A stretch of DNA of 64,000 bases from Alphaproteobacteria bacterium. Its GTDB lineage: Bacteria > Pseudomonadota > Alphaproteobacteria > GCA-2731375. Position 1 is the stretch's first letter, and the number at the start of each line of letters is the position of its first letter. The notes below the pieces were generated by a model. That model did no database searches and was not told the origin of the DNA. It saw only the letters and a list, made by a program, of their open reading frames with translations. Below, piece by piece: positions 58,660-64,000 of the stretch. The stretch spans positions 2,272,001 through 2,336,000 of the forward strand of contig CBDDPY010000002.1 in NCBI GenBank assembly GCA_965232515.1, read 5' to 3'. Both the position numbers and the translations under genes were made by a program.

Positions 58660-59658
58660 ATGAAACCGACCCTCGGCCTGCTGCTCGGCGACCGCAACGG
58701 CATCGGCCCCGAGATCGCCGTCCGCCTTGCCGACCGGGCGGAAACCCGCACGGCGGCCAATGTCGTGCTGATTGGCGATCCGCAGGTGCTCGAACATGGC
58801 CAGACCGTCGCCGGCATCGACCTGGGCGCGCGGCGGATCGACGATCCGGCCGAGATCGGCGGCGCTGAGGGCGGGCCGTTGTTTCTGCCCTTCACCGCCG
58901 GGGCGAACGAAATCACCGTCGGCGAGGTCAGCGCGGCGGCCGGCAAGGAATGCCTCGAGGGTCTTGTCTATGCGGCCGGCCTGGCGCAGGACGGCCGGAT
59001 CGACGGCTTCGTGTTCGCGCCGCTGAACAAGGCGGCCATGCATGCCGGCGGGCTGCGGCACGAGGACGAGATGCGCTACCTGCAGGAGGTTCTGGCCTAC
59101 GACGGCCTCGTCGGCGAGTTGAACGTGCTCGACAACCTCTGGACCAGCCGGGTCACCAGCCACGTGCCCATAAGCGGCGTCGCCGAACTGATCACCGAGC
59201 GGAACGTGCTCGACGGCATCGAGCTGGCGCACGCCGCGCTATCGACCGCCGGCTATACCCCGCCACGCCTGGCGGTCTGCGGCCTCAATCCGCATGCCGG
59301 CGACGGCGGCAACTTCGGGCGCGAGGAGATCGAGGTCATCGGGCCGGCAATCGAGAAGGCGCGCGGCAACGGCATCGAAGCCAGCGGCCCGTGGCCCAGC
59401 GACACGGTGTTCGTGAAGGCGCGCGACGGCGACTATGACGCCGTGGTGACGATGTATCACGACCAGGGCCAGATCGCGATGAAGCTGATGGGTTTCGGGC
59501 GCGGCGTCACCGTCCTGGGCGGTCTGCCGGTGCCGATCACCACGGCCGGCCACGGCACGGCCTACGATATCGCGGGCAAGGGCATCGCCGGAATCGATTC
59601 CATGGTGGCGGCCTGGGACCTGTGCAGTCGCATGGCCGCGTCGCGACGCGCGGCTTGA
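58660..59658 (+). CDS. PdxA-family dehydrogenase (4-hydroxythreonine-4-phosphate dehydrogenase-like)
   Basis: GD.NGIGPE, APLNK, TSHVP, GLNPHAGD, MYHDQG and HGTAYDIAG. Confidence 0.88.
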   Translation: MKPTLGLLLGDRNGIGPEIAVRLADRAETRTAANVVLIGDPQVLEHGQTVAGIDLGARRIDDPAEIGGAEGGPLFLPFTAGANEITVGEVSAAAGKECLEGLVYAAGLAQDGRIDGFVFAPLNKAAMHAGGLRHEDEMRYLQEVLAYDGLVGELNVLDNLWTSRVTSHVPISGVAELITERNVLDGIELAHAALSTAGYTPPRLAVCGLNPHAGDGGNFGREEIEVIGPAIEKARGNGIEASGPWPSDTVFVKARDGDYDAVVTMYHDQGQIAMKLMGFGRGVTVLGGLPVPITTAGHGTAYDIAGKGIAGIDSMVAAWDLCSRMAASRRAA

Positions 59659-59719
59659 TCTGGTTCAAAGACGGTTACACCAATAGTCGCCAACGTTCCA
59701 TCCTGCGTCTAACGGGAGG

Positions 59720-60049
59720 ATGGGGCACATGCCGCGATTGGCGGCTGCACTACTGATGGTGACGCTGCTCGCGGCGCCCGCCGCCATGGCCGCTGGCCAA
59801 GCCGATGCGGCGCGCGGGATCGTGTCGGAACACTGCGCCAAGTGCCACGCCGTGCCCGACTTCAGCGCCAAAAGCATCGTCGCCAACGCGCCGACCTTTA
59901 TCACGATCGCGCGGGAACGGGAGACCTACAGCGAAGCGCGTATCCGCAAATCGCTGCTGAAGCCGCACTTTCCGATGACGGGGATCACGCTGTCGCCGTC
60001 CGACATCGACAATCTGGTGGCCTATTTCGAGGAACTCGGCCGGTCCTGA
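59720..60049 (+). CDS. Small periplasmic c-type cytochrome
   Basis: Signal peptide, CAKCH heme motif, APTF and distal PHFPM. Confidence 0.85.
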   Translation: MGHMPRLAAALLMVTLLAAPAAMAAGQADAARGIVSEHCAKCHAVPDFSAKSIVANAPTFITIARERETYSEARIRKSLLKPHFPMTGITLSPSDIDNLVAYFEELGRS

Positions 60050-60651
60050 ACGCAGCCCTGCAGGATCAGGTCGGCGAAGCCGGCAATCATGCGGTCGAGC
60101 GACAGCTTCTCGCTGGGCCGGTAGCGCATGCCCGCCATATTGCAGGTGCCGATGAAGGCGAGCGTCGCCACACGGCCGTCGAGGTCGGGACGAAAGGCGC
60201 CGCTGGCCACACCGTCGCGGAACAACTGTTCCAACAGCGCCTCGTAGCGGCGCGACAGCGCGCCGACCTCGCGCCGCGCCTCGCGCGGCAGGGCGTGGCG
60301 GTCGAACAGGAAGGTGCGGACATAATCGGGCCGGTCCCCGAACGGCTCCAGGTGATTGGCGACGGCGGCGCGGATTTTCTGCTCGGCCGGTTCGGGTCCG
60401 GCGACGATACACTCCAGCCCCTCGACGAAATCGGCGACGCCGGCCCGGCAAACCTCTTCCAACGCCGCGTCCTTGGACGGAAAATAGTAATAGAGGCTGC
60501 CCTGCTGCATCTGCAGCCGTTCGGCAATGTCGCGGGTGCTGGCGCCGTGATAGCCCTTCTCGGCAAACACGGCGGCCGCCGCATCAATCACCTGCTGTCG
60601 CCGCCGCGCGCGTTTGCCTTCGACGTCGTTCCGCCTCGCCGGTTTCGCCAT
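60022..60651 (-). CDS. TetR/AcrR family regulator
   Basis: VIDAAAAVFAEKGYHGASTRDIA...GSLYYYFPSK. Confidence 0.9.
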   Translation of the reverse strand: MAKPARRNDVEGKRARRRQQVIDAAAAVFAEKGYHGASTRDIAERLQMQQGSLYYYFPSKDAALEEVCRAGVADFVEGLECIVAGPEPAEQKIRAAVANHLEPFGDRPDYVRTFLFDRHALPREARREVGALSRRYEALLEQLFRDGVASGAFRPDLDGRVATLAFIGTCNMAGMRYRPSEKLSLDRMIAGFADLILQGCVQDRPSSSK

Positions 60652-60671
60652 CAAGTCCGTTGTCGATTGCC

Positions 60672-61487
60672 TCAAGCCGCCCGGCGCCATACCACGGGAA
60701 ACAGCTCGCAGTCCATGGCGTCGCCCGGCTTCAGGCCGGGCTGACGGATCGGCTGCGACATGGCCGGACGTTCCACGAAGCGCGCGTCGTCACCGGTCCA
60801 ACGGGTCGACAAGGCCCGCCGGCGGCGGTCCGAGGTGGCATTGCCGGACGCGCCGTGCACGGTGCGAGCATGGAAGACAATGCAGTCGCCGGGCTCGGTG
60901 TCCCAGCACAGAAACTCGTAGTCGTCCCGGCGGGCGTCGATATCGGGGATCGCCTCCAGCGCGTCGTCGTGGAACAGCGTGCCGCCGCGGAAATCCTGGG
61001 CCCGGAACAGCTTGCCCCAGCGGTGCGAGCCGCGCACGAACTCGACGGCGCCGCTGTCGCGCCGCACCGGATCGAGCGCCAGCCAGAGCGAGCAGACCTG
61101 GTCGCCGTCGACGCACCAATAGGGCAGATCGTGGTGCCAGGGCGTCGGCGATTCGCTGCCCGGCTCCTTCACCAGCAGGTGGTCGTAGAAGAAGTTCACC
61201 TTGGTCGAACGCATGACCGCGCCGGCGATGGCGGCGGCCGGCGATTGGCGGGCGAAGGCCTCGAAGCCGGCATCGAAGGTCCAGACATACATGTCGCCGA
61301 AGAAGGTGCCGGCATCCTCACGCTTGCCATAGCGCATGCCCATGGGCCCGGGGTTGGCCATTACGCGTTCGGTCGCCGTCCGCAGCCGCTCGATCCAATC
61401 CGTATCAAACAAGCCGCGCAGACAGACCGCCCCGTCGCGCTCGTAGGCCGCGATGTCGGCTTCGCTGATGTCGATGTTGGACGCCAT
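60672..61487 (-). CDS. PhyH family Fe/2OG dioxygenase
   Basis: LVKEPG, TPWHHD, GSHRW, VHGA and RRRA. Confidence 0.88.
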   Translation of the reverse strand: MASNIDISEADIAAYERDGAVCLRGLFDTDWIERLRTATERVMANPGPMGMRYGKREDAGTFFGDMYVWTFDAGFEAFARQSPAAAIAGAVMRSTKVNFFYDHLLVKEPGSESPTPWHHDLPYWCVDGDQVCSLWLALDPVRRDSGAVEFVRGSHRWGKLFRAQDFRGGTLFHDDALEAIPDIDARRDDYEFLCWDTEPGDCIVFHARTVHGASGNATSDRRRRALSTRWTGDDARFVERPAMSQPIRQPGLKPGDAMDCELFPVVWRRAA

Positions 61488-61519
61488 AGGTCTTGCTCCC
61501 GTTTGAATTCGCTCATTTT

Positions 61520-61539
61520 TCTATCAATCGATTGATAGA
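61520..61539. promoter_or_regulatory. Perfect palindrome, probable TetR operator of the phyH-tetR operon
   Basis: TCTATCAATC-GATTGATAGA, 32 nt upstream of the phyH start. Confidence 0.65.
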
Positions 61540-61620
61540 TTTTCAAGATAAAATTGACGTCGGATCATTTCGTCATGCTGACGCAGGCCAGCATCCACGG
61601 CCGCGGCCGAAGATGGATCC

Positions 61621-62657
61621 CCTGAGTTCACAAACGAAGTGCAACACCTTGTGTTGGAGGTGTTGCGATGGGATCCGATTACGCCCAGTTGTCACTGGAA
61701 GAGCGGTGTGAGATTTCCCGCCTTCAAACCGCCGGCCGCTCGATCCGGCAAATCGCGGCAGCTCTGGATCGCGCGCCATCAACAGTCTCTCGCGAACTGA
61801 AACGCAACAGCGGCCGACAGGTCGGCTACAAGCCAGCCTATGCCCAGCAGCAGGCCCGCGCCCGGCGCTGGTCCGGGCCCCGCCTGCAACGCGATCCGAG
61901 CTTGCGCGACCGCGTCCTCGACGGCCTCAAACGCGGCTGGTCGCCGGAACAGGTCGCCGGCCGGCTCGCCCACACCGCCGGCCAACACGTCATCTCGCAT
62001 GAAAGCATCTACCGCTTCGTCTATGCCCAGCTCGCCCGCACCCAGGACTTCCGCTGGCGCCTGCTGCTGCCGCGCGGCAAAAGCAAACGCGGCTGGCGCG
62101 GCCGCAGGGGCGGCAGCCCGGCCAGCTTCATCGCCGGCCGCGTGCCCATCGCCGATCGCCCGGCCGACGTCGACGACCGCACAACCCCGGGACACTGGGA
62201 AGCCGACCTCATGCTGTTCGCGACCTACGGCCAGGCCATCCTCGTCTGCCATGAACGTCTCTCCCGCATCCTCCTCGCCACCCGGCCACCGGGTAAGGCC
62301 GCACAGCCCATCGCAGACCACCTGCACGCCCTGTTCGCCGACCTGCCGCCCGACCTGCGCCAGACCGTCACCTTCGACAACGGCACCGAATTCGCCCGCC
62401 ACACCGAACTCCAGCACATCGACATGCAAACCTACTTCTGCGACCCCCATGCCCCCTGGCAGAAGGGCGGCATCGAAAACGCCATCGGCCGCTTCCGACG
62501 CTTCATCCCCCGAAAGACAAACCTCGACGAGCTCAACCGCCGGCGCCTGCACCAATACCTGCGCGCCTACAACACCACGCCGCGGAAATGCCTTGACTAC
62601 AGAACCCCAGCCGAGGTCTTCATCGAACACCTGTTGCACTTCGAATGTGAATCCACC
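61621..62657 (+). mobile_element. IS30-family insertion sequence (~1037 bp)
   Basis: IRL CCTGAGTTCACAAACGAAGTGCAACA and IRR TGTTGCACTTCGAATGTGAATCCACC (20/26 match); TCC on both sides (61618-61620, 62658-62660) as apparent target duplication. Confidence 0.85.
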
Positions 62658-62678
62658 TCCTGGCCTTCGCCAGGATGA
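61668..62678 (+). CDS. IS30 family transposase
   Basis: HTH SIRQIAAALDRAPSTVSRELKRN, WSPEQV and ISHESIY; DDE motifs GHWEADL, TFDNGTEF and PWQKGGIEN. Confidence 0.95.
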   Translation: MGSDYAQLSLEERCEISRLQTAGRSIRQIAAALDRAPSTVSRELKRNSGRQVGYKPAYAQQQARARRWSGPRLQRDPSLRDRVLDGLKRGWSPEQVAGRLAHTAGQHVISHESIYRFVYAQLARTQDFRWRLLLPRGKSKRGWRGRRGGSPASFIAGRVPIADRPADVDDRTTPGHWEADLMLFATYGQAILVCHERLSRILLATRPPGKAAQPIADHLHALFADLPPDLRQTVTFDNGTEFARHTELQHIDMQTYFCDPHAPWQKGGIENAIGRFRRFIPRKTNLDELNRRRLHQYLRAYNTTPRKCLDYRTPAEVFIEHLLHFECESTSWPSPG

Positions 62679-62702
62679 CCTAGAGTGCCCGTGAAAGGCG
62701 GA

Positions 62703-63476
62703 TCAGGAGCCGAAGGCGGTGTAGATGGTGTGGGCGACCTGCTCCATGCGGTCGCGGCCGATCTCACCGATCACGGCGAAGGCGAGCGAGCCGTGCAGCC
62801 AGTAGTGCGCGGTCAGGCCGTCCTGCTCGACGATGCGGAACGCCGTCTCGCGGTTGTCCGGATTGATCCGGATGTAGAGCGTCAGGCGTTCGCCGCCGTC
62901 GGTCTCGTACATGAACTGGCAGGCAGGCAGGTTGTCGGCGTGCAGCAGGCGGCCGCCGACCAGCTTGAATCCATAAGCCGACAGATCGGGCGCCTGGATC
63001 TGCCGGCCCATGCGCTTCGACAGCCAGGTCACCAGATGCTGCTGCTGGCTGGCGTCGACCTCGACCGGATGCCGGACTTCGACGGTATAGACCTTGTGCG
63101 CCGACACACCTTCGCTGGCCAGCGCCCGCAAGGTCGGCATGCGCGGGAACACGGCCTCGTTGGCGAACCAGCCGCCGCCAAAGCCGACGCCGGTCAGCAC
63201 CAGCGCCGCCGCCGCCCGGCCCAGCCAGACCGTCGCGCCGCGCCGGCTCATACCAACGACATCCGGCGTCAAGCGCGGCGGCACCGGCTCGCCCAGCACC
63301 GGATCGAACAGCGCCGACAAGCCCTCCTTCTGTTGCCGGTAGGCCTCGACCCGCGCCGCATCGTCGGGGTTCGCCGCCAGCCACGCCTCGACCTCCGCCA
63401 GTCGCGCCGGCGTTAGAACGCCGTCGACGAAGGCGTGCAGATCGTCGTCCGTGATCCGCTGGGTCTCAGCCGTCAT
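62703..63476 (-). CDS. Transmembrane anti-sigma factor (PrtR-like)
   Basis: LHAFVDG.L, EPVP, one TM segment, HKVYTVEVRHPVEV, WLSKR and APDL...G..LVGGRLL; ATGA coupling to the sigma gene. Confidence 0.88.
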   Translation of the reverse strand: MTAETQRITDDDLHAFVDGVLTPARLAEVEAWLAANPDDAARVEAYRQQKEGLSALFDPVLGEPVPPRLTPDVVGMSRRGATVWLGRAAAALVLTGVGFGGGWFANEAVFPRMPTLRALASEGVSAHKVYTVEVRHPVEVDASQQQHLVTWLSKRMGRQIQAPDLSAYGFKLVGGRLLHADNLPACQFMYETDGGERLTLYIRINPDNRETAFRIVEQDGLTAHYWLHGSLAFAVIGEIGRDRMEQVAHTIYTAFGS

Positions 63477-63985
63477 TTCACTCTCCGCAACACCGGGCCC
63501 TCCTCGCCCGCCATCAGCCGTCGCAACCGTTCCCGCCCCCGCGCCAACCGCGAGGTCACCGTGCCCCGCGGCACACCGAGGATGCCGGCGGCCTCGTCGT
63601 AGCTGAAACCTTCGAGGCCGATCAGCAGCACCACCGCCCGCTGGTCGTCCGCCAATTCGGCCAGCGCGCCGGCCAGCTCTTGCAGCAGCAGGCCGCTGCC
63701 CTGGGTCGGCGCGGTCGCCGTATAGTCCGCGTCGTCCTGCAGCGCCACCGGCGTCGGTCGCCTTGCCGCCTTGCGCCGCTGGCTGATGAACTGGTTGTGC
63801 ATGATCGTGAACAGCCAGGGGCGCAGGTCCCGATCCGACCGCCAAAGATGCCAGCGGCTGAGCGCCCGCTCGATACAGTCATGCACCAGATCGTCGGCGT
63901 CGCCGCGCGCGCCCACTAGCGCCCGCGCGTAGCGCCGCAGGCTGGGGATCTGCTCCTCGATCAGGCGTGCGCGGTCGGACGTCAC
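63473..63985 (-). CDS. ECF RNA polymerase sigma factor (PrtI-like)
   Basis: LRRYARAL, DADDLVHD, WLFTIMHN and GVPRGTVTSRLARGR. Confidence 0.92.
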   Translation of the reverse strand: MTSDRARLIEEQIPSLRRYARALVGARGDADDLVHDCIERALSRWHLWRSDRDLRPWLFTIMHNQFISQRRKAARRPTPVALQDDADYTATAPTQGSGLLLQELAGALAELADDQRAVVLLIGLEGFSYDEAAGILGVPRGTVTSRLARGRERLRRLMAGEEGPVLRRVK

Positions 63986-64000
63986 GACGCGGCTATGTTT

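Larger units (their letters stand above)
61572..62679. repeat. REP-like palindromic doublet interrupted by the IS30 element
   Basis: Left arm GTCATGCTGACGCAGGCCAGCATCCA (61572-61597); right arm reconstructed as TGGATCC (61614-61620) plus TGGCCTTCGCCAGGATGAC (62661-62679); 22/26 complementary. Confidence 0.75.

Noticed and set aside
1-64000. CRISPR arrays, rRNA and tRNA genes
   Set aside because: None recognised by eye in any intergenic region; a tRNAscan/Infernal run would be needed to exclude short RNAs.

Overview
A GC-rich chromosomal window, almost certainly from an alphaproteobacterium. Support for that assignment: CtrA-like boxes, a PAS_5-type protein, alphaproteobacterial REP-like repeats, a TAXI-TRAP transporter and a PrtI/PrtR-like ECF pair. 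Most of the window is densely packed metabolic and transport genes: chromate efflux, pimeloyl-CoA-type acyl-CoA dehydrogenases, mtnA, a persulfide dioxygenase-rhodanese fusion, a TRAP/phosphoester hydrolase module, an SBP56-ferredoxin operon, GlpQ, a MetE-like protein and a ~14 kb hydantoinase/ABC/ThDP/ALDH catabolic block. No rRNA, tRNA or CRISPR array was seen. The most unusual signals are: (1) a solitary low-GC gene that appears to fuse a phage tail-terminator-like domain to a SPRY/B30.2-like domain, with no prophage around it; (2) an IS30 element inserted into a REP-like palindrome that supplies the transposase stop codon; (3) a 269-bp TA-flanked MITE-like element with nested hairpins; (4) a human-SELENBP1-like cytoplasmic SBP56 translationally coupled to a ferredoxin and a CoA-binding protein; (5) an orphan propeller/methyltransferase/methyltransferase/kinase cassette; and (6) a small ORF behind CtrA-like boxes. 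All family calls come from motif recognition by eye, not from database searches.
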